The notes: generated by a model not told the origin, from the sequence alone. Positions 37,906-48,720 are shown, counted from the first letter of the stretch. The stretch: 64,000 bases of DNA from Kiritimatiellia bacterium (GCA_050949565.1 JBMNFY010000017.1:736001-800000); one strand, 5' to 3'. Numbers and translations are program-made.

Positions 37906-39279
37906 TTATTTTTCGGCAGGTGCAGGGTCGTCGGCCAGCTTGCGATAGAGGGTCGCCAGACTTACTTGGAGGGTCTGGGCAGCCTTCTCCTTGTCGCCGT
38001 TAGTGGAGGCGAGGATCTGTTCCAGATACTCTTTTTCCTTAGCCTTCAGAAAGCCTTTGAGCGAGGTGTTGGCTTGCACCGGGGCGGAGGTTTGCTGCGC
38101 CTTGGCTTCACTGGCGCGGGTAACGATGCGCGGCGGCAACAGATCCGGGGTGATGGTATCGGACTGCAGGAAGGTCACAGCGTGCTTGATAGCGTTTTCC
38201 AATTCACGGCCGTTACCGGGCCAAGCGTAGGCCACGAGCAGATCGGCGGCTTCTTGCGAAAGCGTGGGCTGGACCTCCGTGCCGGCGGTTTCGGTGCGAA
38301 TGAAGTGGCGCGCGAGCGGCAGAATGTCCTCGGGACGATCGCGCAGGGCCGGTATGTCGAGGGTGATGACCGCCAAGCGATAGTAGAGGTCGGCACGGAA
38401 GGCGCCTTGGGTGACAAGTTGCTCCAAGTTGGAGTTACTGGCCGCGATCACGCGCACATCGACCGGAATATTTGTATTGCCGCCGACACGCCGGATCTCC
38501 TTTTCCTGCAAGACGCGCAACAGTTTGCCTTGCAACTGCAAGGGCAACGAAGAGATTTCGTCAAGGAAGAGCGTACCGCCGTCGGCGGTCTCGAAGAGCC
38601 CCTCTTTGTCGACGACCGCCCCGGTGAAAGACCCCTTGACGTGGCCGAACATCTCCGATTCCAGCAAGTTTTCGGGCAACGCGGCACAGTTCACTGCCAC
38701 CCACGGCTTCTCTTTACGGGGGCTGGTGTTGTGGATCGTGCGCGCAATGACCTCCTTGCCGGTGCCGCTTTCGCCGTTGATCAACACGGTGGCAGCGGTA
38801 GGGCCGACGCGCTGGATCATCTCGCAGACCTGCAACATGGCGCTGTTAGCGGCGATAAGGTTTTCAAATTGGTAGCGCAGCGGGGCGTTGGGGTCGGCAA
38901 CGGCGGCGGCCGCATTCTTGGAGGATTCGATGGCGCGCTTGACGATGTCCAGCATTTCATCGACCTTGAAGGGCTTCGAGAGATAGTCGAACGCGCCGTT
39001 TTTCAAGGCCTCGATGGCAGTTTCAACCGAGGCATAGGCCGTGAGCAGGATCACGGGGAGGTCGGGCTGGAGCTTCTTGATCTCCTTAAAAAGCTCCAGG
39101 CCGTCCATCGGCGACATGCGCAGATCAGTGATGACCAAGTCAAAAGTGTCACTCTTGACGGCATCTAATGCGCTGTTGCCGTCTTTGGCCGTGACAACGT
39201 CATAGCCGTTTGCCTTGAGCAAACTCTGCAACAGCAACAGAATACGCGCTTCATCATCTACGATCAGAATTTTTGGCAT
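37906..39279 (-). CDS. pilR: sigma54-dependent response regulator, copy 2
   Basis: As copy 1; protein differs only at the C-terminus (DDPAP vs EDPVP). Confidence 0.88.
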   Translation of the reverse strand: MPKILIVDDEARILLLLQSLLKANGYDVVTAKDGNSALDAVKSDTFDLVITDLRMSPMDGLELFKEIKKLQPDLPVILLTAYASVETAIEALKNGAFDYLSKPFKVDEMLDIVKRAIESSKNAAAAVADPNAPLRYQFENLIAANSAMLQVCEMIQRVGPTAATVLINGESGTGKEVIARTIHNTSPRKEKPWVAVNCAALPENLLESEMFGHVKGSFTGAVVDKEGLFETADGGTLFLDEISSLPLQLQGKLLRVLQEKEIRRVGGNTNIPVDVRVIAASNSNLEQLVTQGAFRADLYYRLAVITLDIPALRDRPEDILPLARHFIRTETAGTEVQPTLSQEAADLLVAYAWPGNGRELENAIKHAVTFLQSDTITPDLLPPRIVTRASEAKAQQTSAPVQANTSLKGFLKAKEKEYLEQILASTNGDKEKAAQTLQVSLATLYRKLADDPAPAEK

Positions 39280-39497
39280 AACCGTGATCCCAACTCCAAT
39301 TCACACTCAATGGGCGGTAATTATAGGGAAAATGGGTGTGAAAGGCAAGGATGGGCACGCACGCGTGACGGAACGCGAGTGCCTGATTAAACGCGCAAGG
39401 CATAAAACCGTCGGGAAAATCGAAAAAATCGATGGGATCGAATCTTTCGAATCTTTCGATTCTCTCGAAAAACAATTCCCGCTCAGGGCGACCGCCC

Positions 39498-40583
39498 CTA
39501 GTTGATCACGGTGCTGAGCTTGAAGATCGGCAGGTACATGGCGATCACGATGCCGCCGATAATAATACCTAGAAAGACCATGAGCATCGGCTCCATCAGT
39601 GACGTCAAGGCGGCAAGTGTCGATTCGACCTCGTCGTCGTACGTGTCGGCGACGCTATCGAGCATTTCATCGATGCGGCCGCTCTTCTCGCCAGCAGCGA
39701 TCATGCGGACCATAAGAGTCGGCAGGTAGGGCTTGCCCTCCAGTGACGTACTGAGGCTGTCGCCCTGTTCAATGCCTTCGCGGGCGGCTAGGATCGAGCC
39801 CTCGATCACTTTGTTGCCGATGGAGAGGGCCACGACCTGCATGGCGTCGAGAATCGGCACGCCGCTGACCAGCATTTGTGCGAAGAGGCGGCTGAAGCGT
39901 GCGATGGCGACCTTCTGTACCAGCTCGCCGAAGACCGGCAACCTGAGAACAAGCGCGTCGTACTGATAGCGTCCCGCCTTGGAGGCTTTCCACTTGCGGA
40001 ACGCGAAGACGATCACCACAATAGCGGGAAACACCACATACCAATATTTCCGGATGAAGTCGCTCATGTTGACCAGCATGCGGGTCGGCCCCGGCAATGC
40101 GGAGCCGAAGCCCTCGAACATTTCCGCGAAGACCGGCACCACGAAGGTGATCAAAGCACCGGCGATGATCAGTGCGATCGTAAGCACGATAACCGGGTAA
40201 GCCATGGCTGACTTGACCTTGCGCACCAGCCTTGCGGATGCGTCCAGCATGGCGGCCAAGCGCCTGAGTACAGGTGCGAACTGGCCGCTCTTCTCGCCGG
40301 CGGCGACCATATTGAGGTACATGTCATCGAAGATCTGGGGGAAGTGCCGCAGTCCGTCAGAAAAGGGCATGCCACTCTCGATGCTCTCGCGCAACACGCG
40401 CAGCACGCGCTTGAAACCCGGATGCGCACATTGATCTTCCAGGGTCGAGACGGCTGCCAGAATCGACATGCCGGCGTTCAGCATGCTGGCGGTCTGCCGG
40501 GTGAAGGGGATCAGCTCGTTCTTGAGGATTTTTTTGACGCCGCTGACGCGGAGAGTGGGAATCTTTGATGTTTTCGCTGACAT
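39498..40583 (-). CDS. pilC: Type IV pilus platform protein, copy 2 (native position after pilB)
   Basis: Same translation as copy 1. Confidence 0.92.
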   Translation of the reverse strand: MSAKTSKIPTLRVSGVKKILKNELIPFTRQTASMLNAGMSILAAVSTLEDQCAHPGFKRVLRVLRESIESGMPFSDGLRHFPQIFDDMYLNMVAAGEKSGQFAPVLRRLAAMLDASARLVRKVKSAMAYPVIVLTIALIIAGALITFVVPVFAEMFEGFGSALPGPTRMLVNMSDFIRKYWYVVFPAIVVIVFAFRKWKASKAGRYQYDALVLRLPVFGELVQKVAIARFSRLFAQMLVSGVPILDAMQVVALSIGNKVIEGSILAAREGIEQGDSLSTSLEGKPYLPTLMVRMIAAGEKSGRIDEMLDSVADTYDDEVESTLAALTSLMEPMLMVFLGIIIGGIVIAMYLPIFKLSTVIN

Positions 40584-40603
40584 GCAGAGACCTTTCCTGA
40601 AAA

Positions 40604-42328
40604 TTATTCGCTACCGGTGACTTCAAGGGCGGCACGCAGGGAAGTGATGCCGTCACGGACCTTCATCAGGCCGACGTCTTTCAACGTAGCCATACCCTCC
40701 TTAATTGCGACCGTACGGATAACGTCGGCCGGAGCACCTTTCACGGCGGCTTCGCGGATGGCATCCGTGACCGGCAGCACCTCCATGAAGGCGCCGCGCC
40801 CCTTGAAACCAATGTTGTTACACTTGGGACAGCCGACCTCTTCATAGAGCGTGGCCTCTTCAAAGAAGGCGGGATCAATCTGATTGGCAGCCAACACGTC
40901 GGGATCAATCTCAGCGGCCTTTTTGCAAAGCGGGCAGAGTTTGCGATAGAGACGCTGCGCTTGAGCCAAGATCAGCGAGGAGGCTATCAAGAAAGGCGGG
41001 ACCCCCATATCGATCAGACGGGGAATGACCCCGGCGGCGTCGTTGGTGTGCAGGGTGCTCAACACGAGATGGCCCGTCAACGCCGCTTTGACAGCAATAT
41101 CGGCGGTTTCACCGTCGCGGATCTCGCCGACCAGCACGATATCGGGGTCTTGGCGCAGCACGGAACGCAAGATCGAAGCGAAGGTAAGGCCGGCCTGTTG
41201 GTTGACGTGTACCTGGTTGATGCCCTCGATTTGATATTCGACGGGATCTTCGGCAGTCACAATATTGACATCCGGCGTGTTCAGGTCTTGCAAGCAGGAG
41301 TAGAGCGTCGTCGTCTTTCCGGAACCGGTTGGCCCGGTCACCAGGATGATACCGTGCGGCTGATTGATGGCATGCTTCATGGCCTGGTAGGCGAAGTCGT
41401 CTAAGCCAAGCGAAGCCAGGCTGGGTGCCAGATTGCTCTTGTCCAGCGTACGCATCACCACCTTCTCGCCGTGGACGGTCGGCAGAATGCTGACACGGAT
41501 ATCGACCTCTTTCTTGAGGGCTTTGACCCTGAAGCGGCCGTCCTGCGGGTTGCGGCGCTCCGCGATGTCGAGGTCCGACATGATCTTGATACGTGAGACA
41601 ATCGCGTTGTGAAGCGCACGCGGCGGGCTGGGGCGCTCAATCAGAGCACCGTCAATCCGGTAACGCAGGCGCGAGGTGCGTTCCATCGCCTCAAAATGAA
41701 TATCGCTCGCACCGGTGCGCAGTGCCTCGACCAGCATCATATTGACCATCCGGATCACCGGGGCTCCTTCAGCAGTCTCCAGCGTCTGGTCAATGCTCTC
41801 TTCCCTACCCTGCGGCTCGTTCGAGAACTCGATGTCGGCGTCGCCCCCCTTCATGATGTTCTCCATCGCCAACTTGGGGTTGGAGGCGTCGGTGCGCGCC
41901 TTAGCGCGGCCCAGCGCATCGGTGACCTCGCGTTCTGCGGCGATCAGCGGAATAATCTCGAGGCGCGTGTGCCGCGACACCTCCTCTTGCGCCATCAAGT
42001 CGAAGGGGTCACCAAACACCACCGTCAAGTGCCGGCCCAACTTCATGAGAGGGACGGCCTTGGAGCGTGTCCAGATCTGCGGCGGGATCAGGTCGATCAG
42101 TTCCTGCGGCGGGATCAAGGTCGCCGGCAGCGTAATCGGGGGCAGATTGAAATAGGCGGCAACGGTCAGCGTGAGCGCCTCGGGAGAAACCAACTTGCTT
42201 TGCGCCAGATAACGTTCCAGCGGGAGCTTACCGGCATCTTCCAGCGAGGCCTGAAGCTGATCCTGGGTCAGGACACCGCGCTGTAGCAGAGCGTCCTGAA
42301 AACTTGAATAATGAACCGATTGCGGCAT
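40604..42328 (-). CDS. pilB: Type IV pilus assembly ATPase
   Basis: ASDIH, PQDGR, GPTGSGKTT, LRQDPD, Zn tetracysteine motif, FKGR. Confidence 0.95.
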   Translation of the reverse strand: MPQSVHYSSFQDALLQRGVLTQDQLQASLEDAGKLPLERYLAQSKLVSPEALTLTVAAYFNLPPITLPATLIPPQELIDLIPPQIWTRSKAVPLMKLGRHLTVVFGDPFDLMAQEEVSRHTRLEIIPLIAAEREVTDALGRAKARTDASNPKLAMENIMKGGDADIEFSNEPQGREESIDQTLETAEGAPVIRMVNMMLVEALRTGASDIHFEAMERTSRLRYRIDGALIERPSPPRALHNAIVSRIKIMSDLDIAERRNPQDGRFRVKALKKEVDIRVSILPTVHGEKVVMRTLDKSNLAPSLASLGLDDFAYQAMKHAINQPHGIILVTGPTGSGKTTTLYSCLQDLNTPDVNIVTAEDPVEYQIEGINQVHVNQQAGLTFASILRSVLRQDPDIVLVGEIRDGETADIAVKAALTGHLVLSTLHTNDAAGVIPRLIDMGVPPFLIASSLILAQAQRLYRKLCPLCKKAAEIDPDVLAANQIDPAFFEEATLYEEVGCPKCNNIGFKGRGAFMEVLPVTDAIREAAVKGAPADVIRTVAIKEGMATLKDVGLMKVRDGITSLRAALEVTGSE

Positions 42329-42344
42329 GATAAAGGGCAGGGAA

Positions 42345-42359
42345 GCAGGAAAGGTGCCA
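42345..42359 (-). promoter_or_regulatory. sigma54 promoter of pilB (TGGCAC-CTTTC-CTGC)
   Basis: -24/-12 motif just upstream of the pilB ATG. Confidence 0.75.
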
Positions 42360-42494
42360 AGGGAAGTGCATTAGTGCATTAGTTAATTAGTGCATTAGTG
42401 TATTAGTGCCTTACGGCTCGACAAGCGCGATAAAAAACAAGTTGTTTGTTTAACGCAGAGGCGCGGAGACGCAGAGTTTTTTGAGTGGCATTGC

Positions 42495-45400
42495 TCGGGT
42501 TTTGGAACCACAGAGAACACAGAGGACACAGAGGTTTTGGGGCGGCATGGCATGGCTCGGGTTTATTTAACCACGAAACACACGGAATACACGAAAAGGA
42601 AGCATGGTTTTTCATGAAGTTTCATGTGTTTCATGGTTCGGGTTTTGGAACCACAGAGAACACAGAGGACACAGAGGTTTTGGGGCGGCATGGCATGGCT
42701 CGGGTTTATTTAACCACGAAACACACGGAATACACGAAAAGGAAGCATGGTTTTTCATGAAGTTTCATGTGTTTCATGGTTCGGGTTTTGGAACCACAGA
42801 GAACACAGAGGACACAGAGGTTTTGGGGCGGCATGGCATGGCTCGGGTTTATTTAACCACGAAACACACGGAATACACGAAAAGGAAGCATGGTTTTTCA
42901 TGAAGTTTCATGTGTTTCATGGTTCGGGTTTTGGAACCACAGAGAACACAGAGGACACAGAGGTTTTGGGGCGGCATGGCATGGCTCGGGTTTATTTAAC
43001 CACGAAACACACGGAATACACGAAAAGGAAGCATGGTTTTTCATGAAGTTTCATGTGTTTCATGGTTCGGGTTTTGGAACCACAGAGAACACAGAGGACA
43101 CAGAGGTTTTGGGGCGGCATGGCATGGCTCGGGTTTATTTAACCACGAAACACACGGAATACACGAAAAGGAAGCATGGTTTTTCATGAAGTTTCATGTG
43201 TTTCATGGTTCGGGTTTTGGAACCACAGAGAACACAGAGGACACAGAGGTTTTGGGGCGGCATGGCATGGCTCGGGTTTATTTAACCACGAAACACACGG
43301 AATACACGAAAAGGAAGCATGGTTTTTCATGAAGTTTCATGTGTTTCATGGTTCGGGTTTTGGAACCACAGAGAACACAGAGGACACAGAGGTTTTGGGG
43401 CGGCATGGCATGGCTCGGGTTTATTTAACCACGAAACACACGGAATACACGAAAAGGAAGCATGGTTTTTCATGAAGTTTCATGTGTTTCATGGTTCGGG
43501 TTTTGGAACCACAGAGAACACAGAGGACACAGAGGTTTTGGGGCGGCATGGCATGGCTCGGGTTTATTTAACCACGAAACACACGGAATACACGAAAAGG
43601 AAGCATGGTTTTTCATGAAGTTTCATGTGTTTCATGGTTCGGGTTTTGGAACCACAGAGAACACAGAGGACACAGAGGTTTTGGGGCGGCATGGCATGGC
43701 TCGGGTTTATTTAACCACGAAACACACGGAATACACGAAAAGGAAGCATGGTTTTTCATGAAGTTTCATGTGTTTCATGGTTCGGGTTTTGGAACCACAG
43801 AGAACACAGAGGACACAGAGGTTTTGGGGCGGCATGGCATGGCTCGGGTTTATTTAACCACGAAACACACGGAATACACGAAAAGGAAGCATGGTTTTTC
43901 ATGAAGTTTCATGTGTTTCATGGTTCGGGTTTTGGAACCACAGAGAACACAGAGGACACAGAGGTTTTGGGGCGGCATGGCATGGCTCGGGTTTATTTAA
44001 CCACGAAACACACGGAATACACGAAAAGGAAGCATGGTTTTTCATGAAGTTTCATGTGTTTCATGGTTCGGGTTTTGGAACCACAGAGAACACAGAGGAC
44101 ACAGAGGTTTTGGGGCGGCATGGCATGGCTCGGGTTTATTTAACCACGAAACACACGGAATACACGAAAAGGAAGCATGGTTTTTCATGAAGTTTCATGT
44201 GTTTCATGGTTCGGGTTTTGGAACCACAGAGAACACAGAGGACACAGAGGTTTTGGGGCGGCATGGCATGGCTCGGGTTTATTTAACCACGAAACACACG
44301 GAATACACGAAAAGGAAGCATGGTTTTTCATGAAGTTTCATGTGTTTCATGGTTCGGGTTTTGGAACCACAGAGAACACAGAGGACACAGAGGTTTTGGG
44401 GCGGCATGGCATGGCTCGGGTTTATTTAACCACGAAACACACGGAATACACGAAAAGGAAGCATGGTTTTTCATGAAGTTTCATGTGTTTCATGGTTCGG
44501 GTTTTGGAACCACAGAGAACACAGAGGACACAGAGGTTTTGGGGCGGCATGGCATGGCTCGGGTTTATTTAACCACGAAACACACGGAATACACGAAAAG
44601 GAAGCATGGTTTTTCATGAAGTTTCATGTGTTTCATGGTTCGGGTTTTGGAACCACAGAGAACACAGAGGACACAGAGGTTTTGGGGCGGCATGGCATGG
44701 CTCGGGTTTATTTAACCACGAAACACACGGAATACACGAAAAGGAAGCATGGTTTTTCATGAAGTTTCATGTGTTTCATGGTTCGGGTTTTGGAACCACA
44801 GAGAACACAGAGGACACAGAGGTTTTGGGGCGGCATGGCATGGCTCGGGTTTATTTAACCACGAAACACACGGAATACACGAAAAGGAAGCATGGTTTTT
44901 CATGAAGTTTCATGTGTTTCATGGTTCGGGTTTTGGAACCACAGAGAACACAGAGGACACAGAGGTTTTGGGGCGGCATGGCATGGCTCGGGTTTATTTA
45001 ACCACGAAACACACGGAATACACGAAAAGGAAGCATGGTTTTTCATGAAGTTTCATGTGTTTCATGGTTCGGGTTTTGGAACCACAGAGAACACAGAGGA
45101 CACAGAGGTTTTGGGGCGGCATGGCATGGCTCGGGTTTATTTAACCACGAAACACACGGAATACACGAAAAGGAAGCATGGTTTTTCATGAAGTTTCATG
45201 TGTTTCATGGTTCGGGTTTTGGAACCACAGAGAACACAGAGGACACAGAGGTTTTGGGGCGGCATGGCATGGCTCGGGTTTATTTAACCACGAAACACAC
45301 GGAATACACGAAAAGGAAGCATGGTTTTTCATGAAGTTTCATGTGTTTCATGGTTCGGGTTTTGGAACCACAGAGAACACAGAGGACACAGAGGTTTTGG

Positions 45401-45514
45401 GGCGGCATGGCATGGCTCGGGTTTATTTAACCACGAAACACACGGAATACACGAAAAGGAAGCATGGTTTTTCATGAAGTTTCATGTGTTTCATGGTTCG
45501 GGTTTTGGAACCAC
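42495..45514. repeat. Perfect tandem array: 21 x 143 bp plus 17 bp; each unit has three triple-9-mer modules plus linkers
   Basis: Unit starts at 42495, 42638 ... 45498; identical ORF translations every 143 bp. Confidence 0.98.
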
Positions 45515-45629
45515 GGAATACACTGAACACACGGAAAGACATGGAGCGGGTTTTTGGGAACCACAGAGAGCACAGAGGTTTTTTGGGGGTAGCGGTATTC
45601 CCAGACAAACTAATGAACTAATTAACTTG

Positions 45630-45801
45630 CCTATAAATTGACAGGATTTCCCGCTGCGCGGGCGCATGTATCCATGATTTTCATGATTTTCAGGATTGAA
45701 TAACATCATGTTAATCATGGATTTCTCCCCGCCGAAGCGAAGCTGTCGGAAATCATGTCCTAAAATTATTCCAAGGTTTTTTCGCGGCGAAGCTGCGCGG
45801 C
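45630..45801. repeat. Dispersed repeat; inverted copy at 57054-57172 lacks two small internal insertions
   Basis: CCTATAAATTGACAGGATT...CATGTCCTAAA.TTATTCCAAGGTTTTTTCGCGGCGAAGC shared. Confidence 0.85.
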
Positions 45802-45829
45802 AGGCTAACTCCCTAAATTTCAACTGCCA

Positions 45830-45844
45830 CGGCACGAAGCTTGC
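45830..45844 (+). promoter_or_regulatory. sigma54 promoter CGGCAC-GAAGC-TTGC
   Basis: -24/-12 motif upstream of an AGGAG RBS and ATG 45870. Confidence 0.75.
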
Positions 45845-45869
45845 TTCACTCACTGCAGGAGAACGTGAG

Positions 45870-46736
45870 ATGGCTGATCCTGACGCAAAACTGATTGAAG
45901 CGATTTCCTTTTTTGAGCAGATTTTACAGACGATGCCGGGAGACCGGACGAGTCTGGAATTTCTGGTCGTTGCCTATGAGCAGACCGGACAAGTCGAGAA
46001 ACGTCGCGACTGCCTGGTCAAACTGGCGGACACGTTGCTGAACGAGAAGGACTATGACAATGCCCAGGTGATCGCCGGGTATCTAAGCGCGTACACGGAC
46101 GATCCGCCGGCGCGGGCGGCGGTCCAAAAGGTGGCCTCTGTGGTTCAGGGCGAGATCCTGCGTGGCCAGTACCGCAGCGATGTTTCCGGCGCCAGCGGAT
46201 TGTCAGTCGATCACGAACCGGCTTTTGCGCCCGCCTTCCAAGATGTTGGCCTTGAGGTGCAAGCCCTCTCGCGCGCGGCATCGGCCGCCGAAATGGACTT
46301 GGTCTGGCTGTGGAAAGAGCGTGAGTTCCTCCCCAAGGATGTCTGCATGGACGTGTTGCATGTGTTGACGGACCGGCCGGTCACCGATGTCCCGGCCCTG
46401 ATATCAGCGCTGGCTCTATTGGATGAGCAACGCCCGGAACTGACCGACGCGTTAATGGAGCAGATGCAGCGGGAGAGCCGGATGCCGCCGATCCCGATTG
46501 AACTGTTCGATGTCCAGCCAGCGGCTGCGGCTGTTCTGGCCCCGGTTTACGTGCATGTGCGAGGCGTACTGCCCTTCGCGCTGATGGGCGATAACGCACT
46601 GGTCGCGGTGCTGAATCCTCTCAATCGGGCCCTGCAAGAGGAAACGGTCGCGCGCGCCGCGCGGCCCTGCCATTTTTTCATGGCGCACCCCAGAACATGG
46701 CAGCAGATGGCCGCGAAAATCACGATAGATCAATAA
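45870..46736 (+). CDS. TPR-like protein with a C-terminal T2SS-E/PilB N-terminal-like domain
   Basis: Helical TPR-like start; LPF......LVAVLNPLN motif resembling PilB/GspE N-domains; divergent from pilB. Confidence 0.6.
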   Translation: MADPDAKLIEAISFFEQILQTMPGDRTSLEFLVVAYEQTGQVEKRRDCLVKLADTLLNEKDYDNAQVIAGYLSAYTDDPPARAAVQKVASVVQGEILRGQYRSDVSGASGLSVDHEPAFAPAFQDVGLEVQALSRAASAAEMDLVWLWKEREFLPKDVCMDVLHVLTDRPVTDVPALISALALLDEQRPELTDALMEQMQRESRMPPIPIELFDVQPAAAAVLAPVYVHVRGVLPFALMGDNALVAVLNPLNRALQEETVARAARPCHFFMAHPRTWQQMAAKITIDQ

Positions 46737-48720
46737 AGTTCTGGAGCACGGCCTTTAATTCGTCGCGTGTGTAGGGCTTACCCAGAAACGCATCGTAACG
46801 CGCAGAGGCAAACGTGGTGCGGACACGCTCCTCCGCATGCCCCGAGAGAATGATCGTCGGAAGATCGGGGCGGCTGAGACGCAAGATCGAGAGCAGGCGC
46901 ACGTTGTCGAGGCTGTCTGCCTGCGCATCCAAAAGAAGCAGACGGATATCGTCGGCATGTTGGCTGAAGAGCGTCTGTGCCTCCCGCTGACTGGCGGCCA
47001 TCAATGCCTCGATGCCCAGTGAACGCAGCACCATGCCCGTGGTCCGCAAGATAGCGGGCTCATCCTCGACCAGCAACACCAGTGGCCGCGCAGTATTTCC
47101 GTTCGACTTAGCGTGTGGGTCAGTCACAGTCAGAGCGCCGTCCGTTGCGCCGGATTGCGTGTCCCCTGCACCTGCATCGGACACGGGTTGCGGTTGTTTG
47201 AAAACAGGCAGCCAGATGCGGAAGCAGGTGCCTTTGCCGAGTTCTGTCTGGATCGCGATGCCGCCGTTGTGGACGTCGACAATGCCGAAAACCGTTGCCA
47301 GCCCCAGACCGCGTCCGACCGCCTTGGTAGAGACAAAGGGCTCGAAGATGCGGTCGAGCACATCGGGGGGAATGCCTGGGCCGGTGTCTTCAATTTGAAT
47401 CAGCAGGCCGCGCTCGAACGGAAGCGGACGCGTACTGAAAAAGTCGACCGATATCTGTCGGGTCAGGGTCAGAAGACTGGTGCTGACGGTGATATGCCCG
47501 CTGGCCCCCTTGAAAGCCTCTGAAGCATTCCGTAGCAGGTTGATGATCACCTTCCAGAATTGGTGGGGATCGGCGGCCACAGGCGGCAGGTCCGGGGCCA
47601 GCTTGAAATCGAGAATGACGTTCTGCGCAACCACGCCGCTCATCAGACTCTTAAGTTCGCGAATCATCGCGTTGACATCCTGGCATTCAAATTCGGCCGG
47701 GGTGTGGCCAGCGTATGTCATCAACTCACGCGTCAACGTGGCACCTTTGTCCGCCGCTTGACGGATGGTTCTCGCCGCCTCGCTCTCTTCGTCATCGGAT
47801 TGGATCCGGACCAGTTCCACCGTGTTTTGGATAATCGCGAGAATGTTGTTGAAATCGTGGGCAATCCCGGCCGCCATGGTACCGAGGCTCTCCATCTTCT
47901 GTACTTTCGCAAGATGTGCCTCGACCTGTTCGCGCACCTCGCGTTCACGCCACTCTTTGGTGACATCCCGCCAGACCACCACCCCCTGCTCGTCGTCCAT
48001 ACGGCTGACACGCACTTCAAAGTGGCGGTATGAACCATCCGCCTCCCGGCAACACAGCATCACCATCTGGGTACGGTCCGAACAAAGCGCCTCGCGCATC
48101 GCCCGACCGAACGCGTCACAATCGCTCTCCGGGAAAATGGGGGGCGAGAGAGACTCTCCTACCACGAGTCCCGGAATGGGATTCGTGTAATCAGGCTGCT
48201 TGAGGAGTGAGACCAGACGCCCCTTTACGTCGAAAACGCAGAGTCCGTCCGGCATACCGGCAATCAACGCGCGCTGGCTCTGTTTGCTCTGCTCGTTCTG
48301 GCGCGTCTTGAGCGCCAACACTCCGATCATCTCGTTAACGCTCTGCGCAAGAACGCCGAACTCGTCGTCGTGCGGCCAGTCGATAGCCGGACACGCCTCG
48401 TCCAAAAGATGACTACCGATCTCGCGGATCTGCTGGGTCAACGTGTCGAGCGGATTCAGGAACAGCCGCGACTGGAGCCAGAAAATCGGGATCACGAAAA
48501 CGATGCCCACCACCGCGATGAAGCAGGTCAGCCAGCCAAGCGCGACGCGGGCTAACGCGGTGAACGAGTCGGGCACTTGAACGTCGTCCCCGATCATCTG
48601 AACCACGATATACCCGCCGACATAGACGGAAAAGAGCAGGACAAGCAACACCAGTCCCGAGGCCAGGCTGACACGCAAGCGGATACTGTTTAACGTCAAG
48701 CTTTCCTGTGGTAAACGCAT
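46720..48720 (-). CDS. Hybrid sensor histidine kinase (TM-HAMP-PAS-HisKA-HATPase-REC)
   Basis: GIAHDFNNIL, NLLRNA, DTGPG, GRGLGL; C-terminal receiver domain. Confidence 0.92.
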   Translation of the reverse strand: MRLPQESLTLNSIRLRVSLASGLVLLVLLFSVYVGGYIVVQMIGDDVQVPDSFTALARVALGWLTCFIAVVGIVFVIPIFWLQSRLFLNPLDTLTQQIREIGSHLLDEACPAIDWPHDDEFGVLAQSVNEMIGVLALKTRQNEQSKQSQRALIAGMPDGLCVFDVKGRLVSLLKQPDYTNPIPGLVVGESLSPPIFPESDCDAFGRAMREALCSDRTQMVMLCCREADGSYRHFEVRVSRMDDEQGVVVWRDVTKEWREREVREQVEAHLAKVQKMESLGTMAAGIAHDFNNILAIIQNTVELVRIQSDDEESEAARTIRQAADKGATLTRELMTYAGHTPAEFECQDVNAMIRELKSLMSGVVAQNVILDFKLAPDLPPVAADPHQFWKVIINLLRNASEAFKGASGHITVSTSLLTLTRQISVDFFSTRPLPFERGLLIQIEDTGPGIPPDVLDRIFEPFVSTKAVGRGLGLATVFGIVDVHNGGIAIQTELGKGTCFRIWLPVFKQPQPVSDAGAGDTQSGATDGALTVTDPHAKSNGNTARPLVLLVEDEPAILRTTGMVLRSLGIEALMAASQREAQTLFSQHADDIRLLLLDAQADSLDNVRLLSILRLSRPDLPTIILSGHAEERVRTTFASARYDAFLGKPYTRDELKAVLQNFIDLS

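Larger units (their letters stand above)
34413..40645. repeat. Tandem duplication (34413-37535, 3123 bp; 37536-40645, 3110 bp) of pilin promoter-pilR-pilC-pilB 3' end
   Basis: Identical PilC and near-identical PilR translations; junction GAAGT|ACTCAT. Confidence 0.95.

Noticed and set aside
42495-45514. CRISPR array
   Set aside because: Units are identical with no unique spacers, and no cas genes are present in the window.
42485-45641. Series of identical 99-aa ORFs
   Set aside because: They are a by-product of a 143-bp period that is not a multiple of 3; they overlap each other and have low complexity.
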